Of a stretch of 64,000 bases of DNA, positions 54,682 to 62,749 are shown one piece after another. The notes beneath the pieces are model-generated. The model did not search any database, was not told the DNA's origin, and saw only the letters and a list, made by a program, of their open reading frames with translations. Made by a program: the position numbers and the translations under genes. Source of the stretch: Gaiellales bacterium (GTDB lineage Bacteria > Actinomycetota > Thermoleophilia > Gaiellales > Gaiellaceae); assembly GCA_038209555.1 (NCBI GenBank), contig JBBQXP010000001.1, positions 68,728 through 132,727 of the forward strand, written 5' to 3'. Each line of letters starts with the position of its first letter. Within the stretch, counting starts at the first letter, position 1.

Positions 54682-55523
54682 TCAGACCTCGCGGTAGCGA
54701 GCGCGCGCGAGGCAGAAGACGCCATAGGCGAGGAGCCCCGCTGCGACGAGCCCGAGCAGGGCATCGCCGTACGAGTGCGATGCAAGCTTCTGCAGGGCGC
54801 CGTCGATCCCGATCGCCTCGTCCGGGTCGTAGTCGAGCGCCGCCTTGACGAGGAAGACACCGACGAGGCCGAAGACGATTCCCCGCGCCACGTGTCCGAC
54901 CAGACCCGTCCGCCGAATCCAGCGGCGGCCGGCCTCGTTCATCTCCTCCGTCTTCATGTCCTTGAGGAAGCGGTACGACAGGCCCTTGTAGACGTTCCAG
55001 AGCCCGTAGCCCAGGACTCCGAGGCCGACGGCAGTCACGAGCGCGACGCCGCCGGGCCAGTCGAGCACCACTGCAGCTGCCTTGCCCTGCTTGTTGCCGC
55101 CGCCCGAGCTGCCCGCATCGAGGACGATCGAGACGGCAGTCCAGCAGAGGCTTGCGTAGACCAGTCCGCGCGCTGCGTAGACAAGGCGCTTGCCGGCCCT
55201 ACGTCCTCGCCGTGCTCGACCTTCTCGCCGAGCGCCGCAATGACGAAACGCCAGAGAGCGTAGCCGCCGAGGCCGATCGCGAGCAGCACGAGCAACCACT
55301 TCCCCCAACTTTCGCTCGCGAGCGTCCGGAGGGCGCCGTGCTGGTCGGTTGTCTTGCCGCCCTGATCGAGGGCGACGCCGATCGCGAGCACGGCGACGAT
55401 GCCGTAGAGGAGGCCCTGGGCGACCATCCCGAAGCGGGCGAGCCACTCCACCCACGGACTGCGGGCGGCTTGCCTGGCCTTTCGTCCGGGGGCCGAGGCG
55501 TCGAGAGTCGTGTCCCAGGCCAT
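54682..55523 (-). pseudogene. DUF1206-domain membrane protein interrupted by a frameshift near 55190-55215
   Basis: The N-terminal part (MAWDTT...GEKVEHGEDV) is in the frame of ORF 55035..55523. The remaining DUF1206-like repeats (KRLVYAARGLVYASLCW...ARARYREV) are in the frame of ORF 54682..55743. Span is 842 nt, not a multiple of 3. Confidence 0.6.
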
Positions 55524-55568
55524 GCCCCGGTCTAGCCAGGAGCAGCCGCGCCCAACCCAGGCGCGCGG

Positions 55569-55823
55569 CTACTCGCGGATCTCGAGCGTCCGAACCCCTC
55601 CAAGGTCGATCCATGTGCGACCGGGTGCGCGCACGATGCGAAAAAGGACGCTCGAGCACGTCCGGCAGCGGACAACTGTTCCAGGCGCACGCAGGTAGAC
55701 CACTACTTCGGCGATGGGACCGATCGCCCCGCACGCTCTGCATACCACCGTCGAGACGGTCATCTCGATGCCAAAGATCTCGAGAAGCTCGCCTCCGATC
55801 GCGTTTCCGTCCAGGTCAATCAT
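55569..55823 (-). CDS. small CxxC...CxxC protein resembling the DUF6510 family
   Basis: MIDLDGNAIGGELLEIFG...CRACGA...YLRAPGTVVRCRTC. Last gene of the Moco/FAD oxidoreductase operon. Confidence 0.75.
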   Translation of the reverse strand: MIDLDGNAIGGELLEIFGIEMTVSTVVCRACGAIGPIAEVVVYLRAPGTVVRCRTCSSVLFRIVRAPGRTWIDLGGVRTLEIRE

Positions 55824-55824
55824 C

Positions 55825-55985
55825 TAGATGGTTGGTCGGTAATTGGCGTGCCCGCGGGGGCGGGCCAGACCAAGCCAGGGTGTGCCATCGCCCGTAGGCA
55901 AGGCTAGAAGCCTTGACAAGGGTGAGGGTGGGCGCCGTGTCTGGGCCGCCATCCGAGGGTGTGGTAATTGTCGATCAAACATCTA
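55825..55985 (-). repeat. palindromic intercistronic repeat, full copy C (161 nt, minus-strand orientation)
   Basis: The reverse complement aligns with copies A and B with one 6-nt deletion. Its first 3 nt are the stop TAG (55985-55983) of the upstream minus-strand gene. It ends 1 nt before the ATG at 55823. Confidence 0.9.
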
Positions 55986-56729
55986 ACCACCGGTCGCTCC
56001 GAAGCGCTCTGTCCTGATGCTCGCCGGCGCGTACCCGACCTCGACGAGCGCATCGGCCGCCGTCTCGACGAACGACGTCGGCCCGCACACGAACGCCCGG
56101 GCCGCCCTCTCGGGCGGCCAGGCAACCTCGCCTAGCATTTCGACGTCCAGGCGACGGGCGTACCCGGCCCAGCCGGGCGGCTGCGAGCGAGTCAGCGTGT
56201 GGACGACCTCGACCCTCGTATCCTCGGCCAAGCGCTCGAGCTCATCCTGGTAGATCACGTCCTCCCAGGCACGCGACGAGTAGAGAAGCCGTGCCGGCAC
56301 ATCGCTCCCGGACGCCGCGCGGTGGCGGAGCATCGCCATGAGCGGGACGACGCCCGAGCCGCCGGCGACCAGCAGCAGGGGGCAGTCCGTCGAGGCCTCC
56401 CAGACGAAGTACCCGCCGATCGGACCGCGGATCTCCAGTCCGTCGCCGGCCCGAAGCTCGTCGGCAAGGTAAGGCGACACCTCGCCGTCGTCGAGGCGCT
56501 CGACCGTGATTGCGAGAGGCTCCCCCGGCGCCGAGGCGATCGAGTAGCTTCGCTGCGCCTGATAGCCGTCCTCGGCGGTCAGGCGCACGTCGAGGTGCTG
56601 GCCGGCCCGGTGTCCCGGCCAGGCCGGCGCGTCGAGGACGATCGTGACCACGCGTGCGGTCTCCCGAACGGAGTCCGTGACCTCGGCGACCTGCCACGTC
56701 AGTCGCCCCAGTACCGCTGTTCCTGCCAC
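55983..56729 (-). CDS. ferredoxin-reductase-type FAD/NAD(P)-binding oxidoreductase
   Basis: GQHLDVRLTAEDGYQAQRSYSIAS (RxYS FAD motif), LLVAGGSGVVP, FVCGP. Start uncertain (GTG 56729, CTG 56702 or ATG 56810). Confidence 0.85.
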   Translation of the reverse strand: MAGTAVLGRLTWQVAEVTDSVRETARVVTIVLDAPAWPGHRAGQHLDVRLTAEDGYQAQRSYSIASAPGEPLAITVERLDDGEVSPYLADELRAGDGLEIRGPIGGYFVWEASTDCPLLLVAGGSGVVPLMAMLRHRAASGSDVPARLLYSSRAWEDVIYQDELERLAEDTRVEVVHTLTRSQPPGWAGYARRLDVEMLGEVAWPPERAARAFVCGPTSFVETAADALVEVGYAPASIRTERFGATGG

Positions 56730-57301
56730 GGATCGCCACGAAGATGGTAGCCGTTCGACTCCCAGAAGCCAGGTTCGTCCTCGTCCCGAAGCGCGAGGCC
56801 GCGCACCCATTTAGCGCTCTTCCAGAAGTAGAGATGCGGGACGAGGAGTCGTGCCGGTCCTCCGTGCTCAGGCTCGAGAGGCTCCCCGTTGAACGTGTAG
56901 GCGACCCACGCCTTGCCGTCGGTCACGTCCTCAAGCGGCAGGTTCGTCGTGTAGTCGCCGTCGCAGAACGCCACCACGTACGAGGCGTCGTGGTCCCCTC
57001 GGGCGAGCAGCGTGTCGACCGAGACTCCCTCCCAGGTCGTGTCGAGTTTCGACCACTTCGTGACGCAGTGGATGTCCTTCGTGATCGGCTCGCTCGGAAG
57101 ATCCTGAAACTCTTCCCAGGTCCAGGTGACAGGCTCGGCGCCGCCCTGGATCGAGAACGTCCAGTCGTCGAGCGGCGTCCGGGGCGTCGGGCCGGCCGAG
57201 AGGACTGGGAAGTCGTCGACGAGGTACTGACCGGGGGGAATCCGGTCGCCCTGACCGTCGTCCCGTCGCCGGCCGCGGAAGCCGCGTGAGACGAAGCTCA
57301 T
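56699..57301 (-). CDS. sulfite-oxidase-like molybdopterin-dependent oxidoreductase
   Basis: DIHCVTKWSKLDTTWEGV, EHGGPARLLVPHLYFWKSAKWV. Confidence 0.88.
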   Translation of the reverse strand: MSFVSRGFRGRRRDDGQGDRIPPGQYLVDDFPVLSAGPTPRTPLDDWTFSIQGGAEPVTWTWEEFQDLPSEPITKDIHCVTKWSKLDTTWEGVSVDTLLARGDHDASYVVAFCDGDYTTNLPLEDVTDGKAWVAYTFNGEPLEPEHGGPARLLVPHLYFWKSAKWVRGLALRDEDEPGFWESNGYHLRGDPWQEQRYWGD

Positions 57302-58302
57302 GGTGCTGTCCCTCCTTCCAGCGAAGAAGTAGCGGCCAGCTGTCCGCAGGCTGCAGCGATGTCGCGCCCGCGCGTGAGCCGGACCGTTGCAGGGAGGCGC
57401 GCGCGGTCGAGAACGTGCTTGAACGCCGCGATTGTGTCACGGCTCGATCCCTCGTACATCCCGGTCGGGTTGTAGGGAATCAGATTCACCTTGTAGACCT
57501 TCGGATCGAGGAGGTCGACGAGTGCGGCCGCCTGCCCGACGCTGTCGTTGACGCCCGCGAGCATGACGTATTCGACGAACACCTTTCGGTTCGCCCGCCG
57601 GTGGTGCTCGTGGCAGAGCGCGAGGATCTCGGAGAGCGGGTAGCGGTCGTTGACCGGCATGATGCGGCTTCGGAGCTCGTCGTCGGGCGCGTGCAGCGAG
57701 AGCGCCAGGCGAATCGGCTCCTCCACCTCCTCGACGAAGCGCCGGAGCCCCGGGATCCAGCCGACCGTCGAGATCGTCGTCCGGCGGGGGGTGATCCCGA
57801 GGTCCGGGAGCCGTCGCGCGGCGGCGAGCACGTGATCGACGTTCAGCATCGGCTCGCCCATGCCCATGAAAACCGCATGGTCGACGCGCTCGAACCGGCG
57901 GAAGTGAAGGGCCTGATCGAGTATCTCCGAAGCCGTGAGGTTCCGGCCGAAGCGCATCTGGCCGGTGGCGCAGAACGTGCATGTGAGAGGGCAGCCGGAC
58001 TGGCTCGAGAGACAGAGCGAGCGGCGTCCGTCGCGGTAGCGCATGAGCACGGCCTCGACCGCGTGTCCCTCGCGAGTCCGGAAGAGCGCCTTCACCGTGC
58101 CGTCGCTGCTCCTCGCCTCGGACTCGAGCGCGAGCGTAGAGAAGGGCACGGCCTCGGCGAGCTCCGCCCGGAGACCCGTCGGAAGATTCGTCATCTCTTC
58201 GTAGCCGGCGGCCCCCCGCGCGGCCCACGCCCATACCTGACCGGTGCGGTACGCCGGTTGCTCGCGCTCGGCGAGCGTCTCCTCGAGGAGTGGGAGATCC
58301 AC
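57298..58302 (-). CDS. rlmN: 23S rRNA/tRNA (adenine-C2)-methyltransferase, radical SAM
   Basis: CLSSQSGCPLTCTFCATG radical-SAM cluster, GMGEPMLN, IPYNP, C-terminal AACGQL. GTG 58302. ATGA overlap with the downstream Moco gene. Confidence 0.9.
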   Translation of the reverse strand: MDLPLLEETLAEREQPAYRTGQVWAWAARGAAGYEEMTNLPTGLRAELAEAVPFSTLALESEARSSDGTVKALFRTREGHAVEAVLMRYRDGRRSLCLSSQSGCPLTCTFCATGQMRFGRNLTASEILDQALHFRRFERVDHAVFMGMGEPMLNVDHVLAAARRLPDLGITPRRTTISTVGWIPGLRRFVEEVEEPIRLALSLHAPDDELRSRIMPVNDRYPLSEILALCHEHHRRANRKVFVEYVMLAGVNDSVGQAAALVDLLDPKVYKVNLIPYNPTGMYEGSSRDTIAAFKHVLDRARLPATVRLTRGRDIAAACGQLAATSSLEGGTAP

Positions 58303-58323
58303 GGTTTTGACAAGGTAGCGGCC

Positions 58324-58813
58324 GTGGGGCCGGATATCGTCATCCGACACCTCTCGGAAGCGGATTGGCCCGCTGTCGCGAGCATTTACCGGCAAGGCAT
58401 CGACTCGCGGCTGGCCACGTTCGAGACCGCGGTGCCGGAGTGGGAAGCCTGGAACGGCTCGCAGCTGCCGGACCACCGTCTCGTGGCCGTCGAGGGCGGC
58501 AAGGTCGTCGGTTGGGCGGTCCTCAGGCGCGTCTCGCCACGGCCGGCGTACGCCGGCGTCGTCGCGAACGCGGTCTACGTCGCGGAAGCGGCTCGTGGGA
58601 GAGGCGTGGGTTCTGCTCGCACTTCTGGCGGGTGCGGATGCCGCGGGCTTCTGGACCGTGGAGGCCGGGATCTTCCCCGAGAACCACGCGAGCCTCAGGC
58701 TCCACGAGGGCTGCGGCTTTCGGCGTGTGGGAGTCCGCGAGCGGATCGGACGACTGGACGGCCGGTGGCGAGATGTCATTCTCCTCGAGCGCCGAAGCCC
58801 GATCGTCGAATGA
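58324..58813 (+). pseudogene. GNAT N-acetyltransferase (phosphinothricin-acetyltransferase-like) with a frameshift near 58600-58612
   Basis: IVIRHLSEADWPAVASIYRQGI...VYVAEAARGRGVG is in one frame. LLALLAGADAAGFWTVEAGIFPENHASLRLHEGCGFRRVG is in the frame of ORF 58595..58813. Span is 490 nt, not a multiple of 3. Confidence 0.65.
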
Positions 58814-58877
58814 TCCAAGGGGTAGCCGCACCGCCGTAGGCGGGCGTACCGCTCGCCGCACTTCTTGCTTGCTCCTA

Positions 58878-59480
58878 CTAGGGAGTTCCAATCCGGCGCG
58901 GCGGCCAGTAGGTGACGACGACCGGGCCGATGAGCGCGTCGTCTGACACGGGCCCCCACGTGCGCGAGTCGCAGGAGAGATCGCGGTTGTCGCCCATCAT
59001 GAAGTAGCTCCCGTTCGGAACCCGCCATTGGCGCGTCGTTCGATCTTCGTGTGAGCTTCGAACATACGGCTCGGCAAGTCTCGTTCCGTTCACGGAGACG
59101 ACGCCATTGCGCGTCGAGACGAGGTCGCCGGGCAGCCCGATCAGGCGCTTCACGAAGACGCCGCCTTGGCCACAGAGCTCTTCGGCCCGGGCCGGCGTCT
59201 CGAAGACGACGATCTCCCCGCGCCGCGGATCCCGGAAGTGGTAGATGAAACGGTTCGCGACCACGCGGTCCGAGTGTGCGCCCATGCAGCCGAGCGCCGG
59301 GCGCGCGCAGTGGAGCGTCGGCTCCATCGAAGGCGAGGGGATTCGGTACGGGTTCGCGACCTCCACTTTGACCGCGAGGACGGCGCCGACCGCGAGGACG
59401 ATCGTCGCGAGCCATTCGACCGTGGAGCGCCAGCCCTCTGGCAGGCGCCGCAGGAGGGGCTCGAGGGGAGGAAAGGCCAC
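58878..59480 (-). CDS. lepB: signal peptidase I
   Basis: SPSMEPTL (Ser box), VKRLIGLPGD (Lys box), GDNRDLSCDSR. GTG 59480 gives 200 aa. Confidence 0.9.
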   Translation of the reverse strand: MAFPPLEPLLRRLPEGWRSTVEWLATIVLAVGAVLAVKVEVANPYRIPSPSMEPTLHCARPALGCMGAHSDRVVANRFIYHFRDPRRGEIVVFETPARAEELCGQGGVFVKRLIGLPGDLVSTRNGVVSVNGTRLAEPYVRSSHEDRTTRQWRVPNGSYFMMGDNRDLSCDSRTWGPVSDDALIGPVVVTYWPPRRIGTP

Positions 59481-59527
59481 GTGCGCCAGGGTAGATGCTG
59501 GCGGAGCGCCGGAGGTAGGCTGACCCG

Positions 59528-60604
59528 ATGGTCGACCTCCGGTCCGACACCCTGACCCAGCCGACTCCCGGCATGCGAAAGGCCATGGCCGAGGCCGTCG
59601 TCGGTGACGAGCAAAAGCGCGAGGACCCGACCGTGATCGCGCTCGAGGAGCGGGGCGCCGCACTTCTGGGCCAGCAGGCGGCGATCTATCTCCCGACCGC
59701 GACGATGGCCAACCAGATCGCCCTTCGGCTCCACTCCGAGCCGGGGGACGAGGTGATCGCCGAGGCGAGCGCGCACGTCTTCCGATACGAGCTCGGAGGG
59801 CCCGCCGTCCACTCCGGGCTTTCGATGCGTGCGATCACGACGACCGACGGGCGCTTCGCGGCCGCCGACGTGCGGGAGCTGATCAGCCACCCGGACGACC
59901 TGCACTCGCCGGCGAGCCGGATCCTCTGCGTCGAGAACACCCATAACGGGGGTGGGGGACGTGTGTGGCCGCTCGCGCAGCTTCGGGAGGTGTGCGCCGA
60001 GGCCAGAGCTTACGGGCTCCGGGCACATCTGGACGGCGCCCGGCTCCTGAACGCGGTCGTGGCGAGCGGGGTGCAGGCGGCCGAGATCGGCAAGGAGTTC
60101 GACTCTGTGACTCTGTGCCTGTCGAAGGGTCTTGGCTGTCCGCTCGGGGCGCTCCTCGCGACCTCGGACGACCTCGCGCCGAAGGCACGACGCCTGAAGC
60201 ACCTGTTCGGCGGGGCCATGCGCCAAGCCGGCGTGGTCGCCGCGACGGGCCTCTACGCATTCGATCACCATGTGGAGCGCCTCGCCGAGGATCACGCGAA
60301 CGCCCGCAAGCTCGCCGTCGGGCTCGCGGAGGCCGGGCTTCCGGTCGACCTCGCCCAGGTCGAGACGAACTTCGTGCTCCTGGACGCAAAGCCGCTGGGA
60401 CTTACGGGGGAGGAGGTGCTGGGGCGCCTCAGAGGGGAGGGGGTTCTCCTTTCCTTCGCCGCCGGAAAGGACGTGCTCCGCGCCGTCACCCACCTGGACG
60501 TCTCCGCCGAGGACGTCGAGCGCGCGATCGAGGGTGCCGGCCGAGCTCTTTCCGGGGAGCGCCGCCCGGTTGAGCTCGCGGCGGACGCGCCAACTCCCTT
60601 CTGA
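59528..60604 (+). CDS. ltaE: low-specificity L-threonine aldolase
   Basis: VDLRSDTLTQPTPGMRKAM, GDEQKREDPTV, PLP-lysine region LCLSKGLGCPLG. Confidence 0.88.
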   Translation: MVDLRSDTLTQPTPGMRKAMAEAVVGDEQKREDPTVIALEERGAALLGQQAAIYLPTATMANQIALRLHSEPGDEVIAEASAHVFRYELGGPAVHSGLSMRAITTTDGRFAAADVRELISHPDDLHSPASRILCVENTHNGGGGRVWPLAQLREVCAEARAYGLRAHLDGARLLNAVVASGVQAAEIGKEFDSVTLCLSKGLGCPLGALLATSDDLAPKARRLKHLFGGAMRQAGVVAATGLYAFDHHVERLAEDHANARKLAVGLAEAGLPVDLAQVETNFVLLDAKPLGLTGEEVLGRLRGEGVLLSFAAGKDVLRAVTHLDVSAEDVERAIEGAGRALSGERRPVELAADAPTPF

Positions 60605-61935
60605 TGCCCGCGTCAGCTGCGCCGGAGTCTCTCGTCAGCGACCTACGGCAGCGCGTTCGCCAAGTCCAGAAAAAGCAGCGGCTCCCGAGCGTCAGCGCCG
60701 CCGTCGCCCGGAACGGTGAGCTCTTCTGGAGCGAGGCCGTCGGCCTCGCGGACAACGACGCCGGCGCCGCGGCGACTCCGGACACGCAGTACCGCGTCGG
60801 GTCGATCACGAAGACCTTCACGGCCGTCGCGATCATGCAGCTCAGAGACGCAGGTGACCTCGGGCTGGACGACCGGCTCGGAGACCACCTCCCCGACGCC
60901 GCGCACCCGGGGCCGACGATCAGGCGGATGCTTTCCCACCACTCGGGACTCCAGCGGGAGCCGGCGGGCGATCTCTGGGAGACCATGGAGGCTCCGACCG
61001 TCAACGACCTGCTCGGCCGGCTCGCCGAGGCCGAGCAGGTGCTGGAGCCGGGGCGGCACTTCCACTACTCGAACCTCGCCTTCGCGCTGCTCGGCGAGGT
61101 TGTCGCCCGCCGGAGCGGGCAGCCGTACGTCGATCACGTCCAGGAGTGGATCCTCGACCCACTCGGCCTCTCGCGGACGACGTGGGCGCCGAGCGGCGCC
61201 AGGGCCAAGGGGTACTTCGTGGAGCCGTACTCGGACACACTCAAGCCCGAGCGCGACGACATCGACCTGCTGGGGGCCGCGGCGGCCGGCCAGCTCTGGA
61301 GCACTACAGCCGACCTGTGCCGCTGGGGCGCCTTCCTGGCGGATCCTGTTCCCGACGTGTTGGCGCCCGCGACCGCCGAGGAGATGCACTCGGTCCAGGT
61401 GATGCTGGACGACCGCTGGCAAGAGGCCTGGGGGCTCGGCCTCGGGCTGATGCGGGACGGCGAGCGGATCCTGGCGGGGCACTCGGGCGGGATGCCGGGC
61501 CATCTCTCCGGGTTCACGTACTCGAAGAAAGACGGCATCTCCGCCGCCGCTCTGACGAACGCCGGTGCCGACATGCAAGCGCTCGCCGTCCGCCTCGCCG
61601 TCGCGGCGATCGAGGCGCTGCCGGCGGAGCCGGAGCCCTGGCGTCCTGCCGGGCCGCCGCCACCCGCGGTAGCCGGGATCCTCGGCCGCTGGTGGTCGGA
61701 GGGAGAGGAATCCATCTTCAGCTTCCGGGACGGGCGCCTGCAGGCGTGCCCGGCCTACGGCCGCCCGGACGAGGAGCCTTCTGTCTTCGAGCCGGACGGG
61801 CCGGACCGCTACCGCGTCGTCTCGGGCCGCGAGCGGGGCGAGCTCCTGCGCGCCGTCCGTGACGGCGCCGGCGAGGTCGTCAAGCTCTACTGGGCGACCT
61901 ACCCGTTCCACCGCGAGCCCTTCACCTTCGGGTGA
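60604..61935 (+). CDS. serine hydrolase, beta-lactamase/DD-peptidase (class C-like) family
   Basis: SxxK motif GSITKTFTA, YSNLAF (YxN), HSGGMPG. TGATG overlap with ltaE. Confidence 0.85.
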   Translation: MPASAAPESLVSDLRQRVRQVQKKQRLPSVSAAVARNGELFWSEAVGLADNDAGAAATPDTQYRVGSITKTFTAVAIMQLRDAGDLGLDDRLGDHLPDAAHPGPTIRRMLSHHSGLQREPAGDLWETMEAPTVNDLLGRLAEAEQVLEPGRHFHYSNLAFALLGEVVARRSGQPYVDHVQEWILDPLGLSRTTWAPSGARAKGYFVEPYSDTLKPERDDIDLLGAAAAGQLWSTTADLCRWGAFLADPVPDVLAPATAEEMHSVQVMLDDRWQEAWGLGLGLMRDGERILAGHSGGMPGHLSGFTYSKKDGISAAALTNAGADMQALAVRLAVAAIEALPAEPEPWRPAGPPPPAVAGILGRWWSEGEESIFSFRDGRLQACPAYGRPDEEPSVFEPDGPDRYRVVSGRERGELLRAVRDGAGEVVKLYWATYPFHREPFTFG

Positions 61936-62741
61936 TGCCCCTCTTCCTCTGCACGACCTGTGGGACGCTGTTCCCCCAGAGCGAGACCCCGCCCGCGGCG
62001 TGCCCGATCTGCGAGGACGAGCGCCAGTACGTCCCGCCGGAAGGGCAGCGCTGGACGACCCTCGAGGAGCTCCGTGCCTCCCACCGGGCCGAGATTCGCG
62101 AAGAGGAGCCCGGGCTCACCGGCATCGGCGCGGAGCCCTCCTTCGCGATCGGCCAGCGCGCCCTCCTCGTCCAGGCGTCCGGGGGCAACATTCTTTGGGA
62201 CTGCATCTCGCTCCTCGACGACGAGATCGCGGCTGCGGTCGAGGAGCTCGGAGGGATCGCCGCGATCTCGATCTCGCACCCGCACTACTACTCCTCGATG
62301 GTCGAGTGGGCGGAGGCCTTCGACGCACCCATCTACCTGCACGCCGCCGACCGGGAGTGGGTCATGCGCCGGAGCGATCGAATTGTCTTCTGGGAGGAGG
62401 AGAGACGGGAGCTCGGGCCGGGGCTCACGCTCGTCCGCTGCGGCGGTCACTACGAGGGCGGCACCGTTCTTCATTGGGCGGCCGGGGCAGAGGGAAGAGG
62501 AGCCTTGCTTTCAGGCGACATCGTGCAGGTGATCCCGGACCGCGGCTACGTCAGCTTCATGTACAGCTATCCGAACCTGATCCCGCTGGACGAGCAGGCG
62601 ATTCGGGGGATCGTGGCAGCGCTCGAGCCGCTCGAGTTCGACCGGATCCATGGTGCGTGGTGGGGTCGGGTCGTGCCCACTGATGGGAAGGGTGCGGTCG
62701 TTCGCTCGGCGGAGCGCTACCTGAAGGCAATCGGCGGGTAG
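61932..62741 (+). CDS. MBL-fold metallo-hydrolase with N-terminal CxxC...CxxC
   Basis: CTTCG...CPICEDE followed by an MBL-like core (LLVQASGGNILWDC, ISISHPHYYSS). Confidence 0.8.
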   Translation: MMPLFLCTTCGTLFPQSETPPAACPICEDERQYVPPEGQRWTTLEELRASHRAEIREEEPGLTGIGAEPSFAIGQRALLVQASGGNILWDCISLLDDEIAAAVEELGGIAAISISHPHYYSSMVEWAEAFDAPIYLHAADREWVMRRSDRIVFWEEERRELGPGLTLVRCGGHYEGGTVLHWAAGAEGRGALLSGDIVQVIPDRGYVSFMYSYPNLIPLDEQAIRGIVAALEPLEFDRIHGAWWGRVVPTDGKGAVVRSAERYLKAIGG

Positions 62742-62749
62742 GCAAGGGG

